Shown here: positions 10,879-19,995 of the stretch, piece after piece
How positions within the stretch are numbered: the first letter of the stretch is position 1
Layout of the letters: each line of letters begins with the position of its first letter
Assembly: GCF_004785935.1 (NCBI RefSeq)
Contig: NZ_SRRP01000002.1
Coordinates: forward strand, 49,616 to 81,615
Direction of reading: 5' to 3'
DNA length: 32,000 nt
Source: Streptococcus rubneri
GTDB taxonomy: Bacteria; Bacillota; Bacilli; Lactobacillales; Streptococcaceae
Notes under the pieces: model-generated
What the model saw: only the letters and a program-made list of their open reading frames with translations
What the model was told of the DNA's origin: nothing
Databases searched by the model: none
Translations under genes and position numbers: made by a program

Positions 10879-11703
10879 GTGGATCAATTACGAATTAAAG
10901 ACTTGGAAGTCTATGCTTATCATGGAGTTTTCCAAGCTGAAAAAGAAATGGGGCAACGCTTTGTCCTAGATGTTTGTATCGATTATGATATGACGCGAAC
11001 AGCTCGTACCGAGGACCTAACGTCATCTATTCATTATGGGATTTTAGCCGAGCAGTTGACAGGATGGATGCAGGGAGATCAGGTTGATTTGATTGAAACG
11101 GTAGCCTTCCAGCTGGTTCAACACATCTTTGAAACCTATAATTTTGTTAGTAAGGTTCGTTTAGAGGTAAAAAAACCTTGGGCACCAGTTGCTCTACCTT
11201 TGGATACTTGTTCTGTCACGATTGAGCGGGAGAAAAAACGGGCCTTTATTGGTCTTGGTAGCAATATGGGAGATAAGGGACAACAGTTAGCAACAGCTGT
11301 ATCTAAATTAGAAGAAAAGGGGATTATGATTCTCCAAACCTCTTCTCAGATTGAGACAGCGCCTTGGGGAGGGGTCGAGCAGGATAGCTTCCTTAACCAA
11401 GTCGTAGAGGTCGAAACCTGGTTTACGCCCCAAGACTTGATTGAGACCTTGCTAGAAATCGAGCTAGAAATGGGTCGGGTCCGTGAGGTCAAATGGGGAC
11501 CACGTGTCATCGATTTAGATCTCCTTTATATGGAGGATTTGATCCTCTATAGTCCGGATTTGATTCTCCCTCATCCTTATGTGGCAGAACGGGCATTTAT
11601 CCTAGAATCCTTAAATGAAATTGCCCCTTACTTTGTGGATCCTGTCCAACGAAAACAGATCCGACAATTGTGGGAGGCTGTGAAAGAAACAAAAGGTAGT
11701 TGA
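10879..11703 (+). CDS. folK: Bifunctional dihydroneopterin aldolase / HPPK (pneumococcal SulD type)
   Basis: GTG start after GAGG. The N-terminal FolB-like half reads [23 protein letters not shown]. The C-terminal HPPK half contains [11 protein letters not shown]. Confidence 0.9.
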   Translation: MDQLRIKDLEVYAYHGVFQAEKEMGQRFVLDVCIDYDMTRTARTEDLTSSIHYGILAEQLTGWMQGDQVDLIETVAFQLVQHIFETYNFVSKVRLEVKKPWAPVALPLDTCSVTIEREKKRAFIGLGSNMGDKGQQLATAVSKLEEKGIMILQTSSQIETAPWGGVEQDSFLNQVVEVETWFTPQDLIETLLEIELEMGRVREVKWGPRVIDLDLLYMEDLILYSPDLILPHPYVAERAFILESLNEIAPYFVDPVQRKQIRQLWEAVKETKGS

Positions 11704-11730
11704 TCCAAGGGTCAACTACCTTTTGTTTCT
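11695..11730 (+). terminator. Rho-independent terminator of the fol operon
   Basis: GGTAGTTGA-tccaagg-TCAACTACC followed by TTTTGTTTCT. It overlaps the folK stop codon. Confidence 0.8.
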
Positions 11731-11758
11731 TGACAGGTTGATTGAGCAGGAGTATACT
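11730..11758 (+). promoter_or_regulatory. Sigma-A promoter (TTGACA-17-TATACT)
   Basis: Consensus -35, exact 17-nt spacer, near-consensus -10. Confidence 0.55.
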
Positions 11759-11789
11759 AAGCCTAATTAGACTAGGAGTGGAGGGGCTG

Positions 11790-11945
11790 ATGAAATCTTA
11801 TCTTGTAAAATGGTTGATCGCGATTGTCTTAGCTGTTCTTTTCCTTTGGTTGAGTTTGGAAACGGACTTTCTTCCAAAAGAAGTGTATCCCATTCTTCTT
11901 GTCCTGATACTGGCTGTGGTTCTCTATCTTTTTAAGGAGAGGTAA
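11790..11945 (+). CDS. Small two-TM membrane protein, function unknown
   Basis: ATG 11790 is preceded by GGAGTGGAGGGG. The 51-aa product MKSYLVKWLIAIVLAVLFLWLSL...ILLVLILAVVLYLF is hydrophobic. Confidence 0.55.
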   Translation: MKSYLVKWLIAIVLAVLFLWLSLETDFLPKEVYPILLVLILAVVLYLFKER

Positions 11946-11966
11946 TTCTCTATCCAACTAAACTAT

Positions 11967-12015
11967 GAAAAAACCCCTGGGTGCCAACTATTTCAGGCAT
12001 CCAAGGGATTTTTTG
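11967..12015. terminator. Bidirectional terminator between convergent genes
   Basis: An imperfect stem CCCTGGGTGCC/GGCATCCAAGGG is flanked by an A6 run upstream and a T6 run downstream. Confidence 0.65.
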
Positions 12016-12054
12016 TATACGGAGCTAGGACGAAAGGTCTAGCCTTGGTTTTCT

Positions 12055-13539
12055 TTATTTGCGGTACAAGCGATCGTATTGGTAAACCGGATCCATAGTG
12101 ACATGGATACCCAGTTTGCGAAGAACGTTCTTATCTTCATCTGTCAACATCACTGTTGAATGGGCTTCGCTCCCTTTCAAACGCTCCAATTCTTGCATGG
12201 CAAGATTCGCCTCTGGATGGTTCATAGCTGTAATGGCTAGGGCGATGAGGATTTCATTTGAATGGAGGCGAGGGTTGTGACTGCCCAAGTGGTTGATCTT
12301 TAAGCCTTGGATTGGTTTCACATATTCTGGCTCAATTAACTTGGTTTCTTTATCAATATGGGCTAATTTCTTGATGGCGTTGATGAGAACAGCTGCCGTT
12401 GGACCAAATAAGTCAGAAGTCTTACCTGTCACGGTTTCTCCGTTCGGCAATTCGAGGGCCAAGGCAGGATCGCCAGTTTCTTCTTCTTTCTGGCGGGCAA
12501 GGATGGTGACTTGGCGATCTTTTGGTGAAATGCCTAAGTCATTCATCAAGAGTTCAATTTTCTTAATAGCCCCACTTCCAACACGCTCCGCTTTTACATC
12601 CAGAATGGTTTGGTAGTAACGGCGGATAATTTCTTGCTTAGAGGCTTCAATCGCTGCATCGTTGTCCACGATGGCAAAGCCGACCATGTTCACTCCCATA
12701 TCCGTTGGGGAAGCATAAGGAGATCTTCCTAAGATGCGTTCCAACATTCGCTTCAAGACAGGGAAGATTTCGATATCTCGGTTGTAGTTGACCGTTGTTT
12801 CGCCGTAGGTTTGAAGGTGGAATGGGTCAATCATATTGACGTCGTCTAGATCTGCTGTGGCAGCTTCATAGGCTAGATTCACCGGGTGGTGCAAAGGCAG
12901 GTTCCAAACTGGGAAAGTCTCGAACTTAGCATAACCAGATTTGATGCCATTCAGTTGATCATGGTACATATTGGACATGCAGGTAGCCAATTTACCAGAA
13001 CCAGGACCAGGAGCTGTCACGACAACGAGGTTGCGACTGGTCTGAATGTAGTCGTTTTTCCCCATTCCCTCAGGAGAGATGATATGGTCCATATCCGTTG
13101 GGTAGCCCTTGATTGGGTAGTGGAGGTAAGAGGCAATGCCATTCTTTTCCAACTGTTTGCGGAAGAGGTCTGCAGCAGGCTGCCCAGAGTACTGTGTGAC
13201 AACGACAGAGCCCACATAGATGCCTAATTCGTTAAATTTATCGATCAAGCGGAAAACTTCTTGATCATAGGAGATACCGAGGTCGCCACGCGCTTTTGAG
13301 TGCTCGATGTTGCTGGCATTAATGGCAATGACAATTTCCACTTGTTCGCGGAGTTCTTGGAGAAGTTTAATTTTATTGTCTGGTTCATAACCAGGGAGGA
13401 CGCGGGCAGCATGGAAATCTTCCAGCATTTTTCCTCCAAACTCTAGGTAGAGCTTGCCATCAAATTGGTTGATGCGCTCGAGGATATGATCGCGTTGCAA
13501 ATTCAAATACTTTTCAGAACTAAAAGCTTGTTTCTTCAT
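12055..13539 (-). CDS. DUF1846 / UPF0371 family protein
   Basis: 494 aa. [23 protein letters not shown]...[23 protein letters not shown] matches my recollection of the UPF0371 family. Confidence 0.85.
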   Translation of the reverse strand: MKKQAFSSEKYLNLQRDHILERINQFDGKLYLEFGGKMLEDFHAARVLPGYEPDNKIKLLQELREQVEIVIAINASNIEHSKARGDLGISYDQEVFRLIDKFNELGIYVGSVVVTQYSGQPAADLFRKQLEKNGIASYLHYPIKGYPTDMDHIISPEGMGKNDYIQTSRNLVVVTAPGPGSGKLATCMSNMYHDQLNGIKSGYAKFETFPVWNLPLHHPVNLAYEAATADLDDVNMIDPFHLQTYGETTVNYNRDIEIFPVLKRMLERILGRSPYASPTDMGVNMVGFAIVDNDAAIEASKQEIIRRYYQTILDVKAERVGSGAIKKIELLMNDLGISPKDRQVTILARQKEEETGDPALALELPNGETVTGKTSDLFGPTAAVLINAIKKLAHIDKETKLIEPEYVKPIQGLKINHLGSHNPRLHSNEILIALAITAMNHPEANLAMQELERLKGSEAHSTVMLTDEDKNVLRKLGIHVTMDPVYQYDRLYRK

Positions 13540-13642
13540 TTAAACCTCCAATAAAGAAGCGAGGGTGATCTTTAGCGGTGCTCCGCCTTCCACGCAAGGA
13601 AAGGGGAGTGCAAAAGAACACCCGTTGCAATATTCATTCAGT
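13540..13642 (-). promoter_or_regulatory. Structured 5' leader of the DUF1846 gene (unassigned cis-regulatory candidate)
   Basis: The leader is about 100 nt, between an extended -10 and the ATG. It holds an 11-bp hairpin, CTCCCCTTTCC-ttgcgt-GGAAGGCGGAG (plus coordinates 13581-13608), a GCGG-agca-CCGC hairpin and a long-range GGGTG/CACCC pairing. Confidence 0.4.
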
Positions 13643-13651
13643 ATTATATCA
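13643..13651 (-). promoter_or_regulatory. Extended -10 (TGaTATAAT) for the DUF1846 gene
   Basis: The reverse complement of 13643-13651 reads TGATATAAT. It lies immediately after the pepA terminator. Confidence 0.45.
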
Positions 13652-13674
13652 AAAAAACCCCAAAATGGGGGTTT
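13651..13674 (-). terminator. Rho-independent terminator of pepA
   Basis: The minus strand reads AAACCCCCATTTTGGGGTTTTTTT. Confidence 0.8.
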
Positions 13675-13697
13675 AAAACAATTATTTTGAAAAAATA

Positions 13698-14762
13698 TTA
13701 ATAATTCTTAATTAAGTCAACGGTTGAACGATCCAATTTTTTTACCAAGGCTTGAAGGAAGGCTTGGGCTTGAAGGAAATCATCCATAGCGTAGAGGGTT
13801 TGGTGAGAGTGGATGTAGCGCGCACAGACTCCAATGGTAGTTGATGGCACTCCGCCACTTCGTAAGTGGGCTACTCCAGCATCCGTTCCCCCTTTTCCAC
13901 AGTAGTATTGGTACTTGATGCCTGCTTCTTCAGCAGTGGTTAGGAGGAAATCCTTCATATTTGGCAACATGAGGTGACCTGGGTCAAAGAAACGAAGGAG
14001 GGTTCCCTCACCGATGGCTCCTTGGCCTCCGTAGACATCTGCAGCTGGAGAACAGTCAACAGCCAGGAAGATTTCCGGATCAAACTTGGTCACAGAAGTC
14101 CCAGCACCGCGTAGTCCGACTTCTTCTTGGACAGTCGCTCCAACATAGAGTTCGTTTGCTAGGGCTTGTCCGGAGATGGCTTGTGCCAATTCGCTGACCA
14201 TCAAGACCCCATAACGGTTGTCCCAAGCTTTGGAGATGATGTTTTTCTGATTAGCTGTTAAGATTGCAGTGCTTTCAGGGACCAAGGTGTCGCCTGGACG
14301 GATCCCAAAGCTTTCTGCTTCTTCTTTGTTGGCAAATCCACCATCAAAGACAATATCCCCGATTGCTGGAAGAGTAGGACCGTTTGCGCCCCGTGCCAAG
14401 TGAGGGGGAACAGAACCAGAAATGACAGGGTAGGACTGGCCATCACGTGTTAAAAGGGTGAAACGTTGGCTGCTGACCACCATAGGGTTCCAACCACCAA
14501 TTTCAACCACACGGAAGGTGCCGTCTGCCTTGATCTCACTGACCATAAAGCCAACTTCATCCATATGGCCTGCGACCATGATGCGAGGAGCATCAGCCAC
14601 TTCTGAGTGGCGGACCCCAAAAATGCTGCCCAAGCCATCTGTGACCACTTCATCCACATGTGGAGTGATCTGTTTGCGTAGATAATCGCGAACAGGCGCT
14701 TCATGGCCGGAGATGGCAGGAAGTTCTGTTACTTCTTTGATTTTAGAAAATAAATCAGTCAT
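13698..14762 (-). CDS. pepA: Glutamyl aminopeptidase, M42 family
   Basis: 354 aa. SGHEAPVRDYL and VAGHMDEVGFMV motifs, with full-length M42 character. Confidence 0.9.
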   Translation of the reverse strand: MTDLFSKIKEVTELPAISGHEAPVRDYLRKQITPHVDEVVTDGLGSIFGVRHSEVADAPRIMVAGHMDEVGFMVSEIKADGTFRVVEIGGWNPMVVSSQRFTLLTRDGQSYPVISGSVPPHLARGANGPTLPAIGDIVFDGGFANKEEAESFGIRPGDTLVPESTAILTANQKNIISKAWDNRYGVLMVSELAQAISGQALANELYVGATVQEEVGLRGAGTSVTKFDPEIFLAVDCSPAADVYGGQGAIGEGTLLRFFDPGHLMLPNMKDFLLTTAEEAGIKYQYYCGKGGTDAGVAHLRSGGVPSTTIGVCARYIHSHQTLYAMDDFLQAQAFLQALVKKLDRSTVDLIKNY

Positions 14763-14893
14763 AAGTTACCTTCTTTCTGATTGTTATTTTATCACTTTTT
14801 TAGTCGGGATGGTAGTGGCAGTTGAAGGAAAACAGACGAGAGGTTACTTGTTAGGTGTGCCATTCTCCTTTCGTTGTCCCAGCTTGTATTTTG

Positions 14894-14902
14894 TGTTACA
14901 AT
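14894..14902 (+). promoter_or_regulatory. Extended -10 (TGtTACAAT)
   Basis: The -10 ends 7 nt before the ATG at 14910. Confidence 0.4.
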
Positions 14903-14909
14903 ATGAGGT

Positions 14910-15200
14910 ATGAAAGCTAAAAAAATCATTTTATCCAGCCTTGCAGTAGCTAGTGCAAGTGCTCTTGCCCTTGGGGCCTATAAAATTGCCAAAGATCAAA
15001 AACGTTTGCGGACGCAAGAAGAGTTAGTCGCAGAAGTCCGTGAGCAGATGGAGAATATGGGAAAGATTGCGACCCTTTATGTGGAACTCTATGAGTCAAG
15101 CGAAGAACGTCTGGTCGGAGGGCTCGTATTTGAGGATGAGCGCCACTATCGCTTTGTCTATGAAGAGGGCCTCCTTCAGTATGAAGAGGAAAAACTATGA
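14910..15200 (+). CDS. Small N-terminally anchored or secreted protein, function unknown (streptococcal DUF-type)
   Basis: 96 aa. Signal or anchor segment MKAKKIILSSLAVASASALALGAY. ATGA overlap with the next gene. Confidence 0.65.
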   Translation: MKAKKIILSSLAVASASALALGAYKIAKDQKRLRTQEELVAEVREQMENMGKIATLYVELYESSEERLVGGLVFEDERHYRFVYEEGLLQYEEEKL

Positions 15201-15514
15201 TCATACCACAGTCCTTAGAGGAATTAGCCCGCTACGTCGAGCAAGAAGGAAAGAAGGTTTTCTTCTTTTCAGCGGATTGGTGTGGCGATTGCCGGTATAT
15301 CCAGCCATTTTTGCCAGAGATTGAAGCAGAAAACCCTGAATTTACCTTCATTTTGGTCGATAGAGACCAGTATCTAAACTTGGCTAAGCTTTGGGATATC
15401 TATGGCATTCCGAGTTTAGTGGTCCTAGACAAGGATCGGGAACTGGGTCGTTTCGTCAATCGTGATCGCAAAACCAAGGCTCAGATTTCAGAATTTTTAG
15501 CAGGATTGAAGTAG
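15197..15514 (+). CDS. Thioredoxin-family protein (YtpP-like)
   Basis: WCGDC active-site motif. 105 aa. Confidence 0.85.
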   Translation: MIIPQSLEELARYVEQEGKKVFFFSADWCGDCRYIQPFLPEIEAENPEFTFILVDRDQYLNLAKLWDIYGIPSLVVLDKDRELGRFVNRDRKTKAQISEFLAGLK

Positions 15515-15528
15515 GAGAAAGAGAAAGA

Positions 15529-16155
15529 ATGATTGTAACCTATAATAAAGAACAAGTCGGTGATGTCTTAATGCTCACCTTGAAAAATAGTGGAGATGCC
15601 AAGTTAGCAGTAGAGCGCAAAGGCAAAGTAGCCCGTGTCTACCGTGAAGACAAGCAAGAAACCGTAGCCTGGAATATTTTTGAGGCTTCGACTTTCTTTG
15701 CTCTTGAAGGCAAGGGGCAACTTTTCTTGAGTGATGAGCAAGTTGCACGCCTCAATCAAGAATTACAAGCTGAAGGATTTGCAGAGGTCTTGGTCAATGA
15801 CAAGGAGCCTAAGTTTGTCGTGGGGCAAATCGTTGAAATGGTTGCTCATCCAGATAGTGACCACCTCAACATCTGCCAAGTGGCTGTTGGACCAGACAAA
15901 ACGGTTCAGATCGTAGCAGGTGCGCCAAATGCACGTGAAGGCCTCAAGACAATCGTGGCTCTACCAGGTGCGATGATGCCAGATGGCAGCTTGATTTTCC
16001 CAGGAGCCCTTCGTGGAGAAAAGAGCTTTGGCATGATGTGTAGCCCACGCGAATTGCACTTGCCAAATGCGCCACAAAAACGTGGGATTATTGAATTGCA
16101 AGATACAGAAGAGGTGGGAACTCCATTTGACCCCGCCCGTCACTGGCAAGGATAA
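15529..16155 (+). CDS. ytpR: YtpR-like tRNA-binding domain protein
   Basis: The C-terminal half (HPDSDHLNICQVAVG...IVAGAPN...GEKSFGMMCS) is a CsaA/PheT-type tRNA-binding OB fold. Confidence 0.8.
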   Translation: MIVTYNKEQVGDVLMLTLKNSGDAKLAVERKGKVARVYREDKQETVAWNIFEASTFFALEGKGQLFLSDEQVARLNQELQAEGFAEVLVNDKEPKFVVGQIVEMVAHPDSDHLNICQVAVGPDKTVQIVAGAPNAREGLKTIVALPGAMMPDGSLIFPGALRGEKSFGMMCSPRELHLPNAPQKRGIIELQDTEEVGTPFDPARHWQG

Positions 16156-16344
16156 GAGAGTGGGACAAAAGTCCGGCCCCTCAATTGTCTTTGGATTGTC
16201 GAGCAAGACGCAGTGGTTGAGTGGGCTCTACTACGCTGATTTCATCAGCTTTTACAGCCCTACTCAACTGTGCGGAGGTGGGACGACGAAATCGAATTCT
16301 AACGAATTACCGATTTCTGTCCCACTCTCTTTTTTTATTTTTTC
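16156..16344 (+). repeat. 174-bp intergenic hairpin repeat plus T-tract (SPRITE-like terminator element)
   Basis: 12-bp terminal inverted repeat GAGAGTGGGACA (16156-16167) / TGTCCCACTCTC (16318-16329). There are internal imperfect arms (GCAGTGGTTGAGTGGGCT / AGCCCTACTCAACTGTGC) and a central GCTGA-tttca-TCAGC hairpin. TTTTTTTATTTTTT follows. Confidence 0.6.
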
Positions 16345-16362
16345 CTCAAATGGCTAAAAAAC

Positions 16363-16370
16363 TACGAATT
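16363..16370 (+). promoter_or_regulatory. ComX com-box (TACGAATT, 7/8 match)
   Basis: It sits 21 nt upstream of the ssbB ATG, the same geometry as comGA, with a T-rich tract upstream. Confidence 0.8.
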
Positions 16371-16391
16371 ATATAAGTAGGAGGAAGAAAT

Positions 16392-16787
16392 ATGTACAAT
16401 AAAGTAATTTTAATCGGGCGTCTAGTGGCAGATCCGGAGCTTCATAAGACCAGTACGGACAAGTCCGTTGCGCGTGCGACCCTGGCTGTCAATCGGCGTT
16501 ACAAGGATCAAAATGGCGAGCGTGAGGCGGACTTTATCACCCTAGTGGTCTGGGGGAAATTAGCAGAGACTCTTGTCTCCTATGCCAACAAGGGGAGCTT
16601 GCTCTCAGTAGATGGCGAGCTTCGAACCAGACGTTATGAGAAGAATGGGACGACCCAATATGTGACAGAAGTGCTCTGTCAAGGCTTCCAGCTCCTAGAA
16701 AGTCGCGCTCAACGAGCGATGCGGGCTAATGGAGCGGGAGGGGATCTAGCGGATCTCATCCTCGAAGAGGAAGAACTTCCATTTTAA
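16392..16787 (+). CDS. ssbB: Competence-specific single-stranded DNA-binding protein SsbB
   Basis: 131-aa OB-fold SSB (MYNKVILIGRLVADPEL...) with an acidic tail EEEELPF. A com-box lies upstream. Confidence 0.92.
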   Translation: MYNKVILIGRLVADPELHKTSTDKSVARATLAVNRRYKDQNGEREADFITLVVWGKLAETLVSYANKGSLLSVDGELRTRRYEKNGTTQYVTEVLCQGFQLLESRAQRAMRANGAGGDLADLILEEEELPF

Positions 16788-16796
16788 AAGAAGAAA

Positions 16797-16835
16797 ACGG
16801 TGCAGTTAGTCAGCTGTATCGTTTTTTCTTTTTCG
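16797..16835 (+). terminator. Rho-independent terminator of ssbB
   Basis: ACGGTGCAG / CTGTATCGT stem (two G-U pairs) followed by TTTTTTCTTTTT. Confidence 0.7.
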
Positions 16836-16930
16836 AAACTTCTTACTGAAGTTGTAGGGAGAAGTTATTATCTAGATAGAGTCGTAAAACGCATTCATTT
16901 TCGTAAGACCTTCAAGCTCTTGGTAAAAAA

Positions 16931-16939
16931 TGCTATAAT
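16931..16939 (+). promoter_or_regulatory. Extended -10 (TGcTATAAT) for the levQ-like operon
   Basis: TGCTATAAT sits 68 nt upstream of ATG 17007. Confidence 0.5.
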
Positions 16940-17006
16940 AAAAGGTATTAAATGCGAACGAAAATATTTGATGTAGCAAAATAATTCGTTTTTAAGAGGA
17001 GAAGGG

Positions 17007-17993
17007 ATGGAATTAGAAGAGGAAATTGTTCAAAAGAAACGGTATCGAACCATGGTTTATACAATCATTTGCAGTCTGGTGTTTGTGGTGGTTGTAATCT
17101 ATGTAAATGCTAGCCAAATAAGACCGATAAAAGGGCAGATGCGGGTCGGTGTGACCTATATGACCATGAACAATGAATTCTATCAAACACTGAATGCAGA
17201 GATTGAACGAGTGGCTGACGAAAAAGGGGACTTGCTTCTAGTTCGTAATCCAGAGTTAGACGAAGAAAAACAAAGTCAACAGATTGATTATTTTTGTCAA
17301 CAAAAGGTCAATGTGATTGTGATTAACCCAGTAAAAGGAGATAGCCCTAAAATCATTGCTTCCCTGAAGAGAGCCAAACAGGCAGGAATTAAAATCATTG
17401 CAGTGGATAGTCAGCTCAGCCATTTCACGGTGGATGCCAGTGTGGTGTCGGATAATTACCAGGCAGGGGTCTTGGTCGCCCAGCGCCTGATGAAGCAGAA
17501 AAATGAGGCGAAAATCCTACTCTTAGAGCATAAGGGGACAGTATCGGCTGAGCAACGTATTCAAGGGTTCTTAGATACGATTCAGTCGGAGCCTGCCTAT
17601 CAGGTTGTTGGGAGAGAAGAGACTCGTGGTCAAACAGAATTGGCCTTGCCAGCTGTTTCCCAGGTCATTCAGGATGGTCTGGTATTTGATACCGTCGTAG
17701 CCTTAAATGATCGAGCGGCCATCGGAGCCCTTGCGGCAATCAAGGAAAACCAACTAGCCATGCCGATTTCTATCTATGGAATCGATGGCTCTCCAGATAT
17801 GAAGGTATTGCTCTCAACGACGGATGATATCGAAGGGACGGTTGCCCAATCTCCTCTTAAAATGGGGAGACAGGTGATGCAAGTGATTGAGTGCATGAGG
17901 ACAGGTAAATCCTACAAGGAGCAATATAAGATTCCAGTTGAGATGATTGATAAGGATAATGTTGACCGATACGATGTCAACGGGTGGCAGTAA
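17007..17993 (+). CDS. levQ: Membrane-anchored PBP1 (RbsB-type) sugar-binding protein, LevQ-like sensor component
   Basis: N-terminal TM anchor VYTIICSLVFVVVVIYV without a good lipobox, then a periplasmic-binding-protein fold (RVGVTYMTMNNEFY..., VNVIVINPV, IIAVDS). No ABC permease or ATPase partner is present. Confidence 0.7.
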   Translation: MELEEEIVQKKRYRTMVYTIICSLVFVVVVIYVNASQIRPIKGQMRVGVTYMTMNNEFYQTLNAEIERVADEKGDLLLVRNPELDEEKQSQQIDYFCQQKVNVIVINPVKGDSPKIIASLKRAKQAGIKIIAVDSQLSHFTVDASVVSDNYQAGVLVAQRLMKQKNEAKILLLEHKGTVSAEQRIQGFLDTIQSEPAYQVVGREETRGQTELALPAVSQVIQDGLVFDTVVALNDRAAIGALAAIKENQLAMPISIYGIDGSPDMKVLLSTTDDIEGTVAQSPLKMGRQVMQVIECMRTGKSYKEQYKIPVEMIDKDNVDRYDVNGWQ

Positions 17994-19312
17994 TGACCAA
18001 GCTTCGTGGCATTCGTTATAGTTTAATTTTATTGAAAATTATTAATTTCATCGCCATTTTATTTAGCAGTTCGCTCTACCTACATGCGACCAATTACATC
18101 ATTGCCAAGGGGCAAGGTTATCAATTGTTGGAGCAATTAAGAGAAATACCGAGTTCACCAGCTCAGAATTTTTTGATCTCCATCCTTCTCTTTGGAGGGA
18201 TTCTTCTCATTACCTTCTATCGGATGCGCCAAGGGACACAGGAGTGGTCGGTTTTTGACAAATGGAATATTCTAGAAATACTGCTGATGTTAGGTGTCAT
18301 GATGTCCCTCAGCTTTTCCTACAATGGGATCATCCTTTTGGTGTTTGCCGATATCTTTTATGGCTCCAAAGAGTTTAGCAGTTCCAAGGATAGGCGTTAC
18401 TGGTTTGCCTTTATCCTTCTGAGTTTTATAGTCCTCCTTGTGACCAATTATGACATTCTCTCTCTAGTTGTGCAGTTGCCGTCGCTAGATGCCTATATCG
18501 CCTTTTATCCTTCATCGATTCGGATGCTTATTCTATTTGCTAAAAATGCGCTAGCTTCCTTAAATATGGTTGTCTTTATTATTTCTCTTCTCTTTTACAT
18601 TTTATCGGTAGTAGCAGAGCACCATCGGATCGAAAAAGAGTTAGCAATGGTATCGCAGGTCAATACGGAATTAAATAGCTACATGGCCCTTTCGGAAAAG
18701 ATTGCGGAGGACCGGGAGCGTAAGCGGATAGCACGGGAAATTCATGATACTCTAGGCCATGCCTTAACCGGCATCTCTGCTGGGATTGATGCGGTTGGGG
18801 TTCTGATTGATATTGACCCTGGTCGTGCCAAGACCCAGCTGCAATCAGTCTCTACGGTGGTACGGGATGGAATCAAGGACGTCCGGGGCTCTTTGAACAA
18901 GCTTCGGCCAGGTGCCCTAGAGGATCATACCTTGAGGGATGCGGTTTTGAAATTGGTTCACGAATACCAAGCCATCTCCCACCTGCAAGTCGATCTCACC
19001 TATGACTGGGATGAGGTTGATCTGGATGTCATGGTGGAGGATACCGTCTTTCGCGTGATTCAGGAATCCATGACCAATTCTGTCCGCCACGGTCATGCCA
19101 GCCATATGCAGATTTCCTTTTTGGTGGAAGATGCCTATATCATGATTCTCCAAGATAATGGGGTCGGTTTTGACCACCTGCAGGTTGGCTACGGCTTGAA
19201 ACAAATGCGAGAGCGGGTTTCTATCTTGGGAGGAAGGATCGAATTTGCCAATCGAAATGGATTTTATACACGAATTGAATTGCCCAAAGAAAAAGGAGGA
19301 AATCTTTTATGA
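17993..19312 (+). CDS. levS: Polytopic sensor histidine kinase, HisKA_3 (NarX/DegS) type, LevS-like
   Basis: TAATG overlap with the upstream gene. About 6 TM segments, H-box REIHDTLGHALTGI, and an ATPase domain with the N-box and DNGVGF. Confidence 0.8.
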   Translation: MTKLRGIRYSLILLKIINFIAILFSSSLYLHATNYIIAKGQGYQLLEQLREIPSSPAQNFLISILLFGGILLITFYRMRQGTQEWSVFDKWNILEILLMLGVMMSLSFSYNGIILLVFADIFYGSKEFSSSKDRRYWFAFILLSFIVLLVTNYDILSLVVQLPSLDAYIAFYPSSIRMLILFAKNALASLNMVVFIISLLFYILSVVAEHHRIEKELAMVSQVNTELNSYMALSEKIAEDRERKRIAREIHDTLGHALTGISAGIDAVGVLIDIDPGRAKTQLQSVSTVVRDGIKDVRGSLNKLRPGALEDHTLRDAVLKLVHEYQAISHLQVDLTYDWDEVDLDVMVEDTVFRVIQESMTNSVRHGHASHMQISFLVEDAYIMILQDNGVGFDHLQVGYGLKQMRERVSILGGRIEFANRNGFYTRIELPKEKGGNLL

Positions 19313-19995
19313 TCAAAGTAATGATTGCGGATGATCAAGCGCTGATTCGCGAATCGCTCCAAATTATTTTGTCTGCTCATCAAGATATTCAGGTGACTTC
19401 TGCAGTGGCAGATGGTCATGAAGTGCTAGAGCGAATCCCCCAAGATCGACCAGATCTTGTATTGATGGATATTCGTATGCCCAAGATGGATGGTGTGATG
19501 GCGACAAAAGAAGTCAAGGAACGCTTCCCTGAGGTAAAAATCATCATTCTAACCACCTTCGACGATGATGATTTCATCTTTCGGGCTCTGAAATATGGAG
19601 CTTCAGGGTATTTGCTCAAAGGGGCTTCCACAGAGGAACTCTACCAAGCCATTCAAATTGTCTATCACGGGGGAGCCATGATTAATCCCAATATTGCCAG
19701 TAAGGTTTTTCAGATTTTTTCTCAGATGGCTCAGAGCAATTACACAATCTCCGTTTCTGAAGAGTATGTGAGCGACTTATCCCTGACCGAATGGCGGATC
19801 ATCCAGCAGGTTGGTTTTGGGGAGTCTAATAAGGAAATCGCAGCCAAATTGTTCCTGTCAGAGGGAACGATTCGGAATTACCTGTCAACCATTTTGTCTA
19901 AGTTGAACCTGCGGGATCGGACCCAGTTGGCTATTTGGTCTGTTCAAAAAGGTGTGACCACTAAGGATTTTGGAACAGAAAGTGATAGCCGATGA
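19309..19995 (+). CDS. levR: NarL/LuxR-family response regulator, LevR-like
   Basis: ATGA overlap. Receiver residues DD, D in LVLMDIRMP, and K in GYLLKG. C-terminal LuxR HTH (NKEIAAKLFLSEGTIRNYLSTILSKL). Confidence 0.85.
   Translation: MIKVMIADDQALIRESLQIILSAHQDIQVTSAVADGHEVLERIPQDRPDLVLMDIRMPKMDGVMATKEVKERFPEVKIIILTTFDDDDFIFRALKYGASGYLLKGASTEELYQAIQIVYHGGAMINPNIASKVFQIFSQMAQSNYTISVSEEYVSDLSLTEWRIIQQVGFGESNKEIAAKLFLSEGTIRNYLSTILSKLNLRDRTQLAIWSVQKGVTTKDFGTESDSR

Noticed and set aside
16156-16329. Calling the ytpR-ssbB element a pneumococcal BOX element
   Set aside because: It lacks the boxA and boxC termini as I remember them (...TTTTCGAAGAGTAT). I describe it only as a SPRITE-like hairpin repeat, pending a database comparison.
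16067-16357. 96-aa plus-strand ORF spanning the ytpR 3' end and the hairpin repeat
   Set aside because: It runs through an inverted-repeat element and overlaps ytpR out of frame. It has no RBS, and its sequence is dictated by the repeat.
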